DNA from: Bdellovibrionales bacterium
Lineage (GTDB): Bacteria > Bdellovibrionota > Bdellovibrionia > Bdellovibrionales > JAMPXM01
Direction: 5' to 3'
Length of the DNA: 55,703 nt
Assembly: GCA_043746165.1 (NCBI GenBank)
Contig: JAYTRM010000223.1
Location: forward strand, 1-55,703
The position numbers and the translations under genes were made by a program. The first letter of the stretch is position 1; every line of letters starts with the position of its first letter. The notes beneath the pieces were generated by a model that worked only from the letters and a program-made list of their open reading frames with translations, searched no databases and was not told the DNA's origin. Below are positions 13,650 through 27,022 of this stretch, piece after piece.

Positions 13650-15302
13650 CTAGGCTTTCGCCTCTTTGACACGACTTGAAACTGTAGATTTATCTCTCAT
13701 GAAAAAATATTGCTGAGTGATCCCAAACAGAGTGCTGACGAAAATGTAAAGCGTCAATCCACTCGGAAGTGAAACCATGAACACCGAGAAAATAAGTGGC
13801 ATCCACATCATGATTTTAGCCTGTTGTGGATCCATAGTCGTCGGGGTCAGCCGTTGTTGCGCAAACATCGTGGCACCCATCAGAACTGGCAAAACAAAAT
13901 AGGGATCGCGGGCGCTCAAATCGTGAATCCAGAAAATGAAAGGCGAACGATAAAGTTCGATACTTTGACCAAGCACTTGATAGAGGGCGAAAAACGGCGG
14001 CAATTGAAGCAAGGTCGGAAGGCAGCCGCCCAGAGGGCTCGCTTTATTGGCCTTCATGAGATCCATGATCTCTTTGTTCATCTGCAGTTTTTGATCGTTA
14101 GGCTTATCTTTGTAGCGCTCGCGAATGCGATTCATCTCGGGCTGAATGCGCTGCATGGCTTTCATCGATTTAAACGAATAGGCGTTAAACGGCATGACGA
14201 TCGAACGGATAATCAGAGTCAGCAAAATGACCGCAACGCCCCAGTTGCCGACGATTGAGTATAACCACTTGAGTAGCCAAAGAATAGGCTGCGCCAAGAA
14301 GCCAAACATACCGTAATCGACAACCTGAGAAAGACTCTCATCGGCGCGCGCCAGCACTTCGAACGATTTAGGACCTGCAAAACCAATATAGTGAACGTTG
14401 AATGCTTCCACCCGTGAGATCGGCTGATAATAAAGACGGCCGGTCACGGTCTTTGCGCCCGCGGTCACTTTCGATTCAAAACGCGGTAGTAGATCTGATT
14501 TATCTGAAACAGCGATGGTAAAGTAGTGAGTACTCAGCGCCGCAATCGTCACATTGCTTTCCGCAGCGTCTTTGGTTTGGATAGCCACGCGAGTTTTCTT
14601 ACCATCATGACGCAAAAACCAGTCTTGCACTTCACGTGATGAGGAGCCAAAAAAACCTGTGGTTTCAGGCGTTTGAACTTGCTCACTCAGACTTGTGGTC
14701 AGACCCTTAAAGCGTTCAAGATCACCGGTCACGTGGATAGTCGTGTCGATCGCATAGTTGCTGGGATCGATGCGCATCGTTTTTTCGATATTGAAGCCGT
14801 CCGCGGAAGCATGACCGACAAAAAGATTTGCTTCGGGATGTTCAATCACAAAGTTCAGCGCTTGGTCACTGCCAACCAGGTGAGTAGCAAATGGATAGTC
14901 ACCACGCACGCCTCCGAGGAGGATCTCGCCGTTGGTTCGCGTTTGGAATTTCTTAACGTTGATATCGTGAAGTCCCATGCCCCGAGAGGAAAAATGAAAT
15001 GCGATATTTTCGCTATCGTAATCCACGGTTTTTTCTTCACTCAGAGAACCGGAATCGACCGATGTGGTTTCAGACGCAGCCTGTCCGGAGCCCGCGACAA
15101 CTGATCCCGCGCTGCTCGGGGTACCAACGTCACCGCCGGCACCTTGAGTCGCCGCTTTTTGGGTAGCAGTCTGCTGACCCGCAGGTGGTTGGGGATATTT
15201 GAGCTCCATAAATTTTGACCAACCAAACCAGAAAGCCATCATCACGACGATTGCGATAATGGTACCTCGATCAAGAAAATTCGGTTTGTTGTCATTATTC
15301 AT
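13650..15302 (-). CDS. yidC: Membrane protein insertase YidC
   Basis: 550-aa ORF with an N-terminal TM, a large periplasmic domain and a conserved C-terminal 5-TM core (...GCLPTLLQLPPFFALY...). Confidence 0.95.
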   Translation of the reverse strand: MNNDNKPNFLDRGTIIAIVVMMAFWFGWSKFMELKYPQPPAGQQTATQKAATQGAGGDVGTPSSAGSVVAGSGQAASETTSVDSGSLSEEKTVDYDSENIAFHFSSRGMGLHDINVKKFQTRTNGEILLGGVRGDYPFATHLVGSDQALNFVIEHPEANLFVGHASADGFNIEKTMRIDPSNYAIDTTIHVTGDLERFKGLTTSLSEQVQTPETTGFFGSSSREVQDWFLRHDGKKTRVAIQTKDAAESNVTIAALSTHYFTIAVSDKSDLLPRFESKVTAGAKTVTGRLYYQPISRVEAFNVHYIGFAGPKSFEVLARADESLSQVVDYGMFGFLAQPILWLLKWLYSIVGNWGVAVILLTLIIRSIVMPFNAYSFKSMKAMQRIQPEMNRIRERYKDKPNDQKLQMNKEIMDLMKANKASPLGGCLPTLLQLPPFFALYQVLGQSIELYRSPFIFWIHDLSARDPYFVLPVLMGATMFAQQRLTPTTMDPQQAKIMMWMPLIFSVFMVSLPSGLTLYIFVSTLFGITQQYFFMRDKSTVSSRVKEAKA

Positions 15303-15303
15303 A

Positions 15304-15549
15304 TCAGCTGACTCCTCGGGCAGCGGAACAGCAGGTCTCAGGAACTGGATCGAATCCGTAAGGTCCGCCAGGTCGACATTTAATGAGTCTCTTGGAAATC
15401 AAATAGAGGGCGACAAGACTGGAATGCTTTTCGACCGCTTCGACAGCATACGCTGAGCAACTTGGCTCAAAACGACAAGAGCCGCCAAAATGACTCGTTC
15501 CGAACGAGCGATAAAGCCCTAATAGAAACAGTAAGAGGCCTTTTATCAC
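15304..15549 (-). CDS. yidD: Membrane protein insertion efficiency factor YidD
   Basis: 81-aa ORF with the conserved motifs [11 protein letters not shown] and GFDPVP. It lies between rnpA and yidC. Confidence 0.92.
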   Translation of the reverse strand: MIKGLLLFLLGLYRSFGTSHFGGSCRFEPSCSAYAVEAVEKHSSLVALYLISKRLIKCRPGGPYGFDPVPETCCSAARGVS

Positions 15550-16022
15550 TTATCCTCACCCTGGTTGCTGGCAGGCTCTTTCACTTTTGGGCCAGCTTTT
15601 TGGCCGGTCTTTTTGCCAACAGACTGGACGGTCTTTCGCCCGGTCTTTTGACCAATCGACTGGCGTATTTGCCGCCAACTTTTGTCGACCACACTCGCAA
15701 AGCTTTCATAATCGAGTTTCTTAAAAAAGTCGTCATCGGACTTTCGAAATACGAGATTGATGTCCACAGGAAGCTGACTCTCCGTTGCGATGACGTTGCG
15801 AAAATAAACACGGCTCCAGCGCTTGAGCCGATTACGAACGACTGCCGGACCAACTTGGCGCGGTAAAGTCCATCCACAGCGCATAACACCCTTTGTGTTC
15901 AGGGCAAAATTCACCGTAAGCCAATCACAGGGCCTCAGGCGATGTCCGTCATTTTTCAATTTCAGGAAATCAATACGCTGCTGAAGTACGGACAGACCAG
16001 ACTTACTTGCCACCCACTTCAA
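15546..16022 (-). CDS. rnpA: RNase P protein component, with a Lys-rich repetitive C-terminal tail
   Basis: 158-aa ORF with the conserved motif VVRNRLKRW. Its TTG start lies inside the rpmH 3' end, following the rpmH-rnpA order. The start could instead be the GTG at 16013. Confidence 0.88.
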   Translation of the reverse strand: MKWVASKSGLSVLQQRIDFLKLKNDGHRLRPCDWLTVNFALNTKGVMRCGWTLPRQVGPAVVRNRLKRWSRVYFRNVIATESQLPVDINLVFRKSDDDFFKKLDYESFASVVDKSWRQIRQSIGQKTGRKTVQSVGKKTGQKAGPKVKEPASNQGEDK

Positions 16023-16152
16023 CCGTCAACTTCTTGCGTCCTTTGTTGCGGCGGCGGGAAAGCACATCGCGACCATCTTTTGTGGCCATGCGAGCGCGGA
16101 ATCCATGAGTGTTTTTACGGCGGCGGCGGCTGGGCTGATAGGTACGTTTCAT
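16003..16152 (-). CDS. rpmH: 50S ribosomal protein L34
   Basis: [44 protein letters not shown]... begins at codon 55 of the 103-aa track ORF (ATG at 16152-16150). The upstream extension has no L34 counterpart. Confidence 0.95.
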   Translation of the reverse strand: MKRTYQPSRRRRKNTHGFRARMATKDGRDVLSRRRNKGRKKLTVEVGGK

Positions 16153-16272
16153 CGGAACCTCTGTTAAACTAAGATAAAACTGAAAAATCTTACGACAGCA
16201 ATTACGTCTCTGTATGATGCAAGCAAATCGAGTTACGCATAAGAACACAAATACAGCGCCCCAGTCAAGTTG

Positions 16273-16301
16273 TTGAAAACTTAAGCCACAGCTGCTAAAA
16301 C
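16273..16301 (+). promoter_or_regulatory. Candidate sigma70-type dnaA promoter (TTGAAA - 17 nt - TAAAAC)
   Basis: Read by eye about 40 nt upstream of the dnaA ATG. The spacer contains TAAGCCACA, which has 2 mismatches to the DnaA box TTATCCACA. This is a weak, purely sequence-based call. Confidence 0.25.
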
Positions 16302-16339
16302 CGGCAGTCTTCAAAAAACTGAATGGGCTGAAATATTAA

Positions 16340-17782
16340 ATGATGAATTCGACTAATTTCACAAATCCGATGGATTTGAATCACAAGACTGACTTCTGGA
16401 ACGTCATCAAATCCAATTTGAAGGCGAAAAACCCGGATAACAAGCTGCTGCAGACGTGGTTTGAGCCAACAGAATTAATGGGTTTTGAGGACTCCGCGAC
16501 GGGTCGAAAATTCCACCTCGGCGTTCCAACCGAACTTCATAAGTATTGGATTTCAGAGAACCTTTTCGACCGCCTTTGCTCAGAGATCTCATCGCTCTAC
16601 AGCCAGCCGTTCCAGGTTGATTTAATGGTCACGGGCCAGCTGGGCCGAATTGAACCTGAAAATCCGGCGGCCCTCGAAAATGCCATGAATCAACGCTCCG
16701 GGATCGACTTGCAAAAGGTTCTTCCCGGAACTCCTGAAACTGCCGGTCGACGCGACATTCTTTCGCCTGACTACACCTTTAATACTTTTGTGGTGGGCCG
16801 TTACAATGAATTCGCTCACGCCGCATGTTTTAGAATTGCCGAAAACCCCGGGACCGAAGGTTACAATCCCCTCTTTATATGTGGACCGACCGGAATGGGT
16901 AAAACTCACCTTTTAAATGCGGTCGGCAACCATATTCGCTCCAAGAATCCTCATCTTCGAATCTGTTACCTCTCGGCTGAACGTTTTTTGAACGAATGTA
17001 TTTCGAGTATTCGGCGAGGAGAGATGGAGAAGTTCAGAACTCGCTACCGCGAAAGATGCGATGTGCTCCTCATGGATGACATTTACTTTCTCGGCCGTGG
17101 CGAAGCGGTTCAAGAAGAGTTCTTCCACACTCTCAACGACTTCTTTGAAAAGGGTCGTCAGGTCGTCGTCGCAAGCGACCGAATGCCCAAAGACATCAAA
17201 GGCCTTGAAGACCGCATTCGCACGCGTCTCGAATGGGGATTGATTGCCGATATTCAGATGCCAGATATGGAAACCCGCGTCGCCATTTTGCGCTATAAAG
17301 CCGAACGCCGAAATCTGCGTATTCCTGAAGATGCTGTCATTTATATTGCGAGTATTTCCAAGCGCTCAATTCGAGAGCTCGAAGGCAACCTTAATAAGGT
17401 CAAAATGTACTCAGAGCTCCAAGGCCTTGAGATCAACCTGGCATTGGCCAAGCGCGTTTTGTCTACCCATGACGAAGCCTCAGCCATTACGGTCGAAGAC
17501 ATCCAACGCCTGGTTTCTGACCATTTTAAAGTTCGCGTCGTCGATCTCAAATCAGCCAATCGTTCAAAACCGCTCGTCACTGCCCGCCAAGTCGCGATGT
17601 TTTTAATCAAGAAAAACCTAGATAAATCACTTGTCGAAATCGGCCGACAATTCGGCGGAAAAGACCACACGACCGTGTTGAGTTCGCTGCGGCGGGTTGA
17701 GAGTCAAGTTCTCAAAGATTCCGATTTAAAGAAGGATATCGATGAATTACAGGGCCGAATCCACAATATAACAGGGGTGTGA
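16340..17782 (+). CDS. dnaA: Chromosomal replication initiator DnaA
   Basis: 480-aa ORF with AAA+ Walker A GPTGMGKTHLL and the domain IV DNA-binding signature (GGKDHTTV). It is divergent from rpmH. Confidence 0.97.
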   Translation: MMNSTNFTNPMDLNHKTDFWNVIKSNLKAKNPDNKLLQTWFEPTELMGFEDSATGRKFHLGVPTELHKYWISENLFDRLCSEISSLYSQPFQVDLMVTGQLGRIEPENPAALENAMNQRSGIDLQKVLPGTPETAGRRDILSPDYTFNTFVVGRYNEFAHAACFRIAENPGTEGYNPLFICGPTGMGKTHLLNAVGNHIRSKNPHLRICYLSAERFLNECISSIRRGEMEKFRTRYRERCDVLLMDDIYFLGRGEAVQEEFFHTLNDFFEKGRQVVVASDRMPKDIKGLEDRIRTRLEWGLIADIQMPDMETRVAILRYKAERRNLRIPEDAVIYIASISKRSIRELEGNLNKVKMYSELQGLEINLALAKRVLSTHDEASAITVEDIQRLVSDHFKVRVVDLKSANRSKPLVTARQVAMFLIKKNLDKSLVEIGRQFGGKDHTTVLSSLRRVESQVLKDSDLKKDIDELQGRIHNITGV

Positions 17783-18112
17783 ATTGGCTCTGTTCAGAAC
17801 TCTGTGGATAAGACTGTGTGCCAATTTGTGGGTTCAAGTTATCAACATTTTCCGCTCAGTTCTCCCGACTTTATTGGCACCTCTTATCCCCGGCAAAAAC
17901 CTACTAATTTTAGATAGTTAAGTGTGAAATCGAGTTATTAACACCCCTACTACTGCTACTAGTTTTTAATTCTATAAAAAATAGTAATAAAGAGTGCAGT
18001 AAAACGATTCAAAAAATCAGTTAAAAAACAATCAGGTAAAGAAAGACTTTACAGCCAATCCGATTGTAGAGTCTGTCAACTTTCACCCGACGTAAAAAAA
18101 GAGGTTCCGCCC
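17783..18112. other. oriC: Probable oriC (dnaA-dnaN intergenic origin)
   Basis: Largest non-coding gap in the window (330 bp), containing:
- one perfect DnaA box (17803-17811)
- a 1-mismatch box, TTATCAACA (17839-17847)
- two 2-mismatch boxes (17884-17892 and 17935-17943)
- a CCCC cluster
- a (TAC/TAG)x5 trinucleotide run
- an AT-rich tract of about 70 bp (17963-18030).
Gene orientation also switches at rpmH/dnaA. Confidence 0.65.
17803..17811 (-). promoter_or_regulatory. Perfect DnaA box (TGTGGATAA, the complement of TTATCCACA)
   Basis: Exact 9-mer match to the consensus DnaA box, 21 nt after the dnaA stop. Confidence 0.7.
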
Positions 18113-19237
18113 ATGATGGTCGAAGTCGAAAAGAAAGATTTGATTTCACTCCTCAGCAAAACCCAGAACATTGTTGAGAAGCGAAATACGATGCCGATTC
18201 TCGTTAACGTACTTTTAGAAACCGATGATAATAACCTCCAGGTTTTCGCCACTGACCTCGAAGTCAGCCTCACGGATGAAATACCTCTCATCCGCGGTCA
18301 AAAAGGCAAAGTCGCAGTCAGCGCAAAAAATCTTTTCGACATCGTGAAGGAACTCGCTGAGGGACCGATTCAACTCAGTAAAAAAGAAAACAATTGGCTC
18401 GAGATCCGTCAGAATAAATCAGTTTTCAATATCGTCGGTATCAGCGCCGAGGAATATCCAGTTTTCCCCACCTTTTCGACCAAAGAATTTCTCAAAGTCG
18501 ACGCAGCCGTTCTAAGTGAAATGATTGAAAAAACAATTTATTCTGTCTCGAGTGACGAAACTCGTTATCACCTCAACGGGGTTTTCTTCGAACGGCAAGG
18601 CAGCGGCGAAGTCGGTAAAGAAACTTACCGGATGGTGGCAACCGACGGTCATCGCCTCAGCCTGGTTGATCGGCAAACTGAGTTCAAAGGAATCGGCATG
18701 CCAGCCCACGGAGTGATCATTCCGCGCAAGGGCCTTTTTGAAATTAAAAAGCTTCTCGATATGGTCGGTGGAGAATTCGAGATGGCGGTCGAAGGATCAC
18801 AATTGATCGTTCGTCATGCCAGTACAGTTTTGATGGTTCGGTTGATCGAGGGGAAGTATCCGAATTATCAACAGCTTATTCCACAGAAGTTGATAAACCA
18901 TGCGCATATTCATCGCGAAACGTTACTCTCTTCGCTCAAGAGAGTTTCGTTGTTATCGAATCAAAAATACAAAGGTGTAACTTTAAGTTTGAGCCAAGGT
19001 CGCATGGAAATTTCTTCGAATAATCCCGAGCTCGGCGACGCTAAAGAAGAAATTGAAATTCGCTACAAAGGCACTGATTTGAAGATCGGTTTCAATGCGC
19101 GCTACATGCTCGACGTGCTCAATAGCTTTGACGATGATGAAGTGGATCTCGAGCTCAATGACCAACTCTCTCCAGGTCTCATGCGTCCGCATAACGACAG
19201 CACGTACACTTGTGTTGTTATGCCAATGCGAATCTAA
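18113..19237 (+). CDS. dnaN: DNA polymerase III beta sliding clamp
   Basis: 374-aa ORF with a three-domain clamp pattern, ending ...MPMRI. It is preceded by AAAGAGG. It follows the dnaA-dnaN-recF order. Confidence 0.95.
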   Translation: MMVEVEKKDLISLLSKTQNIVEKRNTMPILVNVLLETDDNNLQVFATDLEVSLTDEIPLIRGQKGKVAVSAKNLFDIVKELAEGPIQLSKKENNWLEIRQNKSVFNIVGISAEEYPVFPTFSTKEFLKVDAAVLSEMIEKTIYSVSSDETRYHLNGVFFERQGSGEVGKETYRMVATDGHRLSLVDRQTEFKGIGMPAHGVIIPRKGLFEIKKLLDMVGGEFEMAVEGSQLIVRHASTVLMVRLIEGKYPNYQQLIPQKLINHAHIHRETLLSSLKRVSLLSNQKYKGVTLSLSQGRMEISSNNPELGDAKEEIEIRYKGTDLKIGFNARYMLDVLNSFDDDEVDLELNDQLSPGLMRPHNDSTYTCVVMPMRI

Positions 19238-19263
19238 CGCTAACCACTGAGCAGTGGATTAAA

Positions 19264-23024
<3,761 letters not shown>

Positions 23025-23040
23025 ATAAGAATGAGGAATC

Positions 23041-25560
23041 ATGGCTGATGAAACGGTAGCACCGGCTCCCAACGGATCCGGAAATAATTCAGGCGGCGGC
23101 GGAAAAATAGAGCGCGGCGTTTCGAATGTTGATATCAACCGCGAAATGCAAGAAGCCTATTTGCAATATTCGATGAGTGTCATCGTCGGTCGGGCGCTGC
23201 CTGATGTTCGCGACGGACTTAAGCCGGTGCATCGGCGCGCGCTCTTTGCCATGCATGAGCTTAACAACACCCATGATAAGCCCTACAAAAAGTCGGCTCG
23301 CGTGGTCGGCGATATTATCGGTAAGTACCACCCGCACGGTGACTCCGCAGCTTACGAAACCATAGTGCGCATGGCTCAAGAATTTTCGCTGCGCTACCCA
23401 CTTGTCGATGGCCAAGGAAACTTCGGCTCTGTCGACGGCGACTCGGCCGCGGCTTCTCGTTACACCGAAGTTCGGATGACCGAACTCGCCGAAGCTTTGC
23501 TCGAAGACATCGATAAAGAGACCGTCCCTTTTGGTCCGAACTATGACGACTCGCTTATGATGCCGATGATTTTGCCGGCACGATTTCCCAATCTGCTCGT
23601 CAACGGCAGTTCGGGAATCGCAGTTGGAATGGCAACTAATATTCCGCCCCACAACCTCGGCGAAGTGATCGAAGGTTGCATTCATCTCATCCAAAATCCC
23701 GAGGCAAGCATCGATGATTTGATGCGCTTTATTCCGGGACCCGATTTTCCGACTCACGGGGTAATCGCCGGTCGCGAAGGTATCATGCAGGCCTACAAAA
23801 AAGGTGCTGGCATCATCACTTTGCAGGCTGTGGCCGAAATCGTCAGCGTTAAAGATCGCGAAGAAATCGTCATCACAGAGATCCCATATCAGGTCAATAA
23901 AGCGAAGCTGGTTGAGAGTATCGCCGACCTGGTTCGCGAAAAAAAAATCGAGGGTATTTCCGACATCCGCGACGAATCTTCGCGCGAAGGTATGCGAGTC
24001 GTAATTCTTTTGAAGCGCGGCGAAAATGCGAGCGTGATTCTCAACAGACTTTATAAGTTCACTCAGTTGCAGATCAGCTTCGGAATCCGCTTGCTCGCCC
24101 TGGATGCACGCAACCAGCCCGTTACATTCAATCTGAAGTCGATGCTCGAAGCGTTCATTGAGCACCGTAAAAACGTGGTGACCAAGCGCTGTATTTTCGA
24201 ACTGAAAAAAGCCGAATCGCGCCTGCATATCCTCGAAGGTTTACGTAAAGCCCTCGACATGATTGACGCGGTCGTAGCTTGCATCCGCGCTTCGAAGGAA
24301 GCGGCTGCCGCGAAAACGAACTTGATGGAACAATTCGCATTCTCCGATCGGCAAGCACAAGCGATTTTAGAGATGCGTCTTCAGCGTCTGACTGGGCTGG
24401 AGCGCCAAAAAATCGTCGACGAAGAGGCAGACCTAGCCAAAATCGTGTCTTGGCTCAAAGAAGTCTTGAGCGACGTGAAAAAGGTTTTTGCGATCATCGT
24501 CGAAGAGCTCGAAGGCATTAAAAAAGGTTACAACGACAAACGTCGTACGAAAATCACCGGCGATGCGACAGATATCGAAGATGAAGATCTCATCGCAAGC
24601 GAAGAGGTGGTGATCGTGATGACCGACACCGGCTACATCAAGCGTATTCAGCTCGACGAATACCGCACTCAAAAGCGCGGTGGCAAAGGCCTCAAGGGCA
24701 TGGAGACCCGCGAAGAAGACTTCGTGGCGCATATTTTCGTCGCCGATACCAAGACCTGGCTTTTGTTCTTTACGGATAAAGGAAAGCTGTTTTGGCTTAA
24801 AGCCCACCGTTTGCCTCAGGCCAGTCGTACCGCTAAAGGTAAGGCGATTGCCAACGTCCTCTCGCTCGCTCCGGGTGAAAAGGTCGCGGCGATTTTACCA
24901 GTTGAGCAGTTCGTTGAAGACAGATTTGTGGTCATGTTGACCGAAAAAGGCATCATCAAGAAAACCGGACTCGACGCATTTTCAAATCCGCGTCCGTCAG
25001 GGTTGATAGCTTTGACCACGGATCTCGATGATCAAGTCATCGCGGCGAAAATTTCTAACGGTAAGTCAGATATTTTCATCGCCACGCGTGAAGGAATGTC
25101 GATCCGTTTCGACGAAAGCGACGTGCGCGGCATGGGCCGTACCGCCCGCGGAGTTAAAGGCATCACCCTGGGAAAAACCGATCTCGTCATCGGCCTTGAA
25201 ATCCTCGACAAGTCGTCAAAAGCTACGATTTTGATGGTCACCGAGCGCGGCTATGCGAAGCGAACTATGCTTGAAGAGTATCGCGCGCAATCGCGTGGCG
25301 GAGTCGGCATCATTACGCAAAAAACCACGGAAAAAGTGGGTAATGTGGTCTCGGTCCGCAGCGTGCTCGATACGGATGAGGTGATGGTGACAACCGACAA
25401 AGGACAAGTGATCCGCACGGTTTGTTCCGAGATCTCGGTCATCGGTAGAAATACCGAAGGCGTGCGTCTTATGAATTTGAACTCGGATGAAAAAGTTACG
25501 GGCCTCGCTCTCATTACGGAAGATAGCGCTGGTGAGCCGAATCCTCTTACGAAGCAGTAA
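23041..25560 (+). CDS. gyrA: DNA gyrase subunit A
   Basis: 839-aa ORF. Conserved features are the catalytic Tyr region [11 protein letters not shown], the QRDR-like [10 protein letters not shown] and a C-terminal beta-pinwheel. Confidence 0.97.
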   Translation: MADETVAPAPNGSGNNSGGGGKIERGVSNVDINREMQEAYLQYSMSVIVGRALPDVRDGLKPVHRRALFAMHELNNTHDKPYKKSARVVGDIIGKYHPHGDSAAYETIVRMAQEFSLRYPLVDGQGNFGSVDGDSAAASRYTEVRMTELAEALLEDIDKETVPFGPNYDDSLMMPMILPARFPNLLVNGSSGIAVGMATNIPPHNLGEVIEGCIHLIQNPEASIDDLMRFIPGPDFPTHGVIAGREGIMQAYKKGAGIITLQAVAEIVSVKDREEIVITEIPYQVNKAKLVESIADLVREKKIEGISDIRDESSREGMRVVILLKRGENASVILNRLYKFTQLQISFGIRLLALDARNQPVTFNLKSMLEAFIEHRKNVVTKRCIFELKKAESRLHILEGLRKALDMIDAVVACIRASKEAAAAKTNLMEQFAFSDRQAQAILEMRLQRLTGLERQKIVDEEADLAKIVSWLKEVLSDVKKVFAIIVEELEGIKKGYNDKRRTKITGDATDIEDEDLIASEEVVIVMTDTGYIKRIQLDEYRTQKRGGKGLKGMETREEDFVAHIFVADTKTWLLFFTDKGKLFWLKAHRLPQASRTAKGKAIANVLSLAPGEKVAAILPVEQFVEDRFVVMLTEKGIIKKTGLDAFSNPRPSGLIALTTDLDDQVIAAKISNGKSDIFIATREGMSIRFDESDVRGMGRTARGVKGITLGKTDLVIGLEILDKSSKATILMVTERGYAKRTMLEEYRAQSRGGVGIITQKTTEKVGNVVSVRSVLDTDEVMVTTDKGQVIRTVCSEISVIGRNTEGVRLMNLNSDEKVTGLALITEDSAGEPNPLTKQ

Positions 25561-26389
25561 GATACTGCGCGATGTAAGCCGTGCCTGGTTACGGCTCATC
25601 GCGCTAGGCCTTTTGCCCTTCTTGTTGAACGCTTGCACGGTTTCGGCAGAAAAAATCGAAGCTGAGCAAGCTGAAAAAGCGGCCGCAAAAAACAACTATC
25701 CGGCAGCCGTTCTGCACTACAAAAACCTCATGGATCGGTACGTGAAAACCCCGCTTGCGATCAAAGGAGCCAAAGAAGCGGCCAGGATCACTCATTATCA
25801 GCTTAACCAACCAAAAGAATCCGTACCGTTTTATCGCCACGTCGTTCTCTATGCGCCGACCACAGAAGAGCGGGTTGAAGCTGAAAAGAGACTCGCCGAT
25901 ATCTATTTTGCCCAAATTCTCGATTACACGCAGGCGGTTGTTGAATACAACCGGCTCCTTGAACTCCCCCACACCAGGGCTGAGGAAGATACCTATCGCT
26001 TAGCAGTGGCACGGAGTTACTACTACTTAGCCAATTTTTATCAGGCCAAGGTTGAGGTGGAGACGCTACTCAAAAAGAGCAGCGACAAAGACCTACTTTT
26101 CGACGCCTTTTTGCTCAAGGCGAACATCTTTCTGACAAGTAAGAATTTGGATGAGGCCGTCGCGACCCTCAAACAGCTCATCGATAAATACCCCGAACGT
26201 TCAAAGGCCGAATCGATAGGGCTCATTTTGGCCGTCACCTACGAAGAGCAAAAGAATTTTGCAAAAGCGATTGAAACTTTGCAGTCAATCAAGGACACCT
26301 ATCCCCGCAAAGCTTTTATTGAGAACAGAATTCGAAATTTGCGCGAGCGCCAGTCGTTTCTACCGGGTGCCAAAGGCTTCAAAAAGTGA
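25487..26389 (+). CDS. TPR-repeat lipoprotein (BamD/YbgF-like architecture; family not resolved)
   Basis: 300-aa ORF with the lipobox LLNAC and repeated TPR-like helices. The ATG at 25487 overlaps gyrA by 74 nt. An in-frame GTG at 25532 is an alternative start. The start is uncertain. Confidence 0.65.
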   Translation: MKKLRASLSLRKIALVSRILLRSSKILRDVSRAWLRLIALGLLPFLLNACTVSAEKIEAEQAEKAAAKNNYPAAVLHYKNLMDRYVKTPLAIKGAKEAARITHYQLNQPKESVPFYRHVVLYAPTTEERVEAEKRLADIYFAQILDYTQAVVEYNRLLELPHTRAEEDTYRLAVARSYYYLANFYQAKVEVETLLKKSSDKDLLFDAFLLKANIFLTSKNLDEAVATLKQLIDKYPERSKAESIGLILAVTYEEQKNFAKAIETLQSIKDTYPRKAFIENRIRNLRERQSFLPGAKGFKK

Positions 26390-26398
26390 GACAAGTCG

Positions 26399-26602
26399 AT
26401 GGATCGTAAAACCGCAGTTTTCATGTCGCTTGGATTCGAAATCGTAGGTATCGTGTTTTTTTCGATCTACGTCGGTCGCCTTCTCGACACCCATTATGAC
26501 TTAAACGGCCTCGGCACGGCGGGCGTCGTGGCCTTAGGATTTGCCGGCTGGCTTACGCACATTATCGTCGTGGTTAAAATCATGCAGAAAAAACCTGAAT
26601 GA
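26399..26602 (+). CDS. atpZ: AtpZ/AtpI-family small membrane protein (ATP synthase operon leader gene)
   Basis: 67-aa ORF forming a two-TM hairpin (FEIVGIVFFSIYVGRLLD...GVVALGFAGWLTHIIVV). It shares an ATGA overlap with the next gene and sits upstream of atpI-B-E. Confidence 0.7.
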   Translation: MDRKTAVFMSLGFEIVGIVFFSIYVGRLLDTHYDLNGLGTAGVVALGFAGWLTHIIVVVKIMQKKPE

Positions 26603-26997
26603 AGCGTCTGCTCGGAATTCACGCGTTGATAACAGTCTGCGGCGCGGTGCTCGTTTTCGCTCTCGTTGGCCGCCCCGTGGCCGAACTTTTTGCTATTGGC
26701 AGCACTCTGGTAGGTCTTAATCTTACGGTTCACGTCATCGTATGGCCGCGGATTTTGATGAAAAAACAGGTTGCAATGTCGATCGGTGTCATTGTAATCA
26801 AGTTCCTGATATTGGGATGGATTATCTACGTCATCAACACTCAAACTTGTGCCGGGGATCTGTTCAAACTGGCCTGGTTCGGAGCGGGGTTGTCGACCGT
26901 TGTTGTCAGCGTTTTCGCTGCAGCAGCGATTGAGCTGATCAAACCCACAACAAAAATAAAGAGTCATTTCTCTGGTCATTCATCCGTCGATATTTAA
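26599..26997 (+). CDS. atpI: ATP synthase protein I
   Basis: 132-aa ORF encoding a 4-TM protein immediately upstream of atpB. The call rests on position and topology rather than a strong motif. Confidence 0.6.
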   Translation: MKRLLGIHALITVCGAVLVFALVGRPVAELFAIGSTLVGLNLTVHVIVWPRILMKKQVAMSIGVIVIKFLILGWIIYVINTQTCAGDLFKLAWFGAGLSTVVVSVFAAAAIELIKPTTKIKSHFSGHSSVDI

Positions 26998-27022
26998 CTG
27001 ACGGTGAGAAGGTTGTGTCTGA

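Noticed and set aside
16153-16314. 54-codon N-terminal extension of the rpmH track ORF.
   Set aside because: L34 is universally about 44-50 aa and begins MKRTYQPS. The extension covers the rpmH/dnaA promoter region and has a Cys/Phe-rich nonsense composition.
23939-23947. A9 homopolymer inside gyrA (codons EKKI), considered as a possible phase-variation tract.
   Set aside because: gyrA is essential and the frame is intact. A single short homopolymer in a Lys-rich stretch is unremarkable.
23089-24228. 379-aa ORF on the minus strand, entirely inside gyrA.
   Set aside because: It is antisense to an unambiguous, full-length, highly conserved gene. Its translation is Arg/His/Phe/Asp-rich with no recognisable motif, as expected for the mirror frame of a moderately GC-rich gene.
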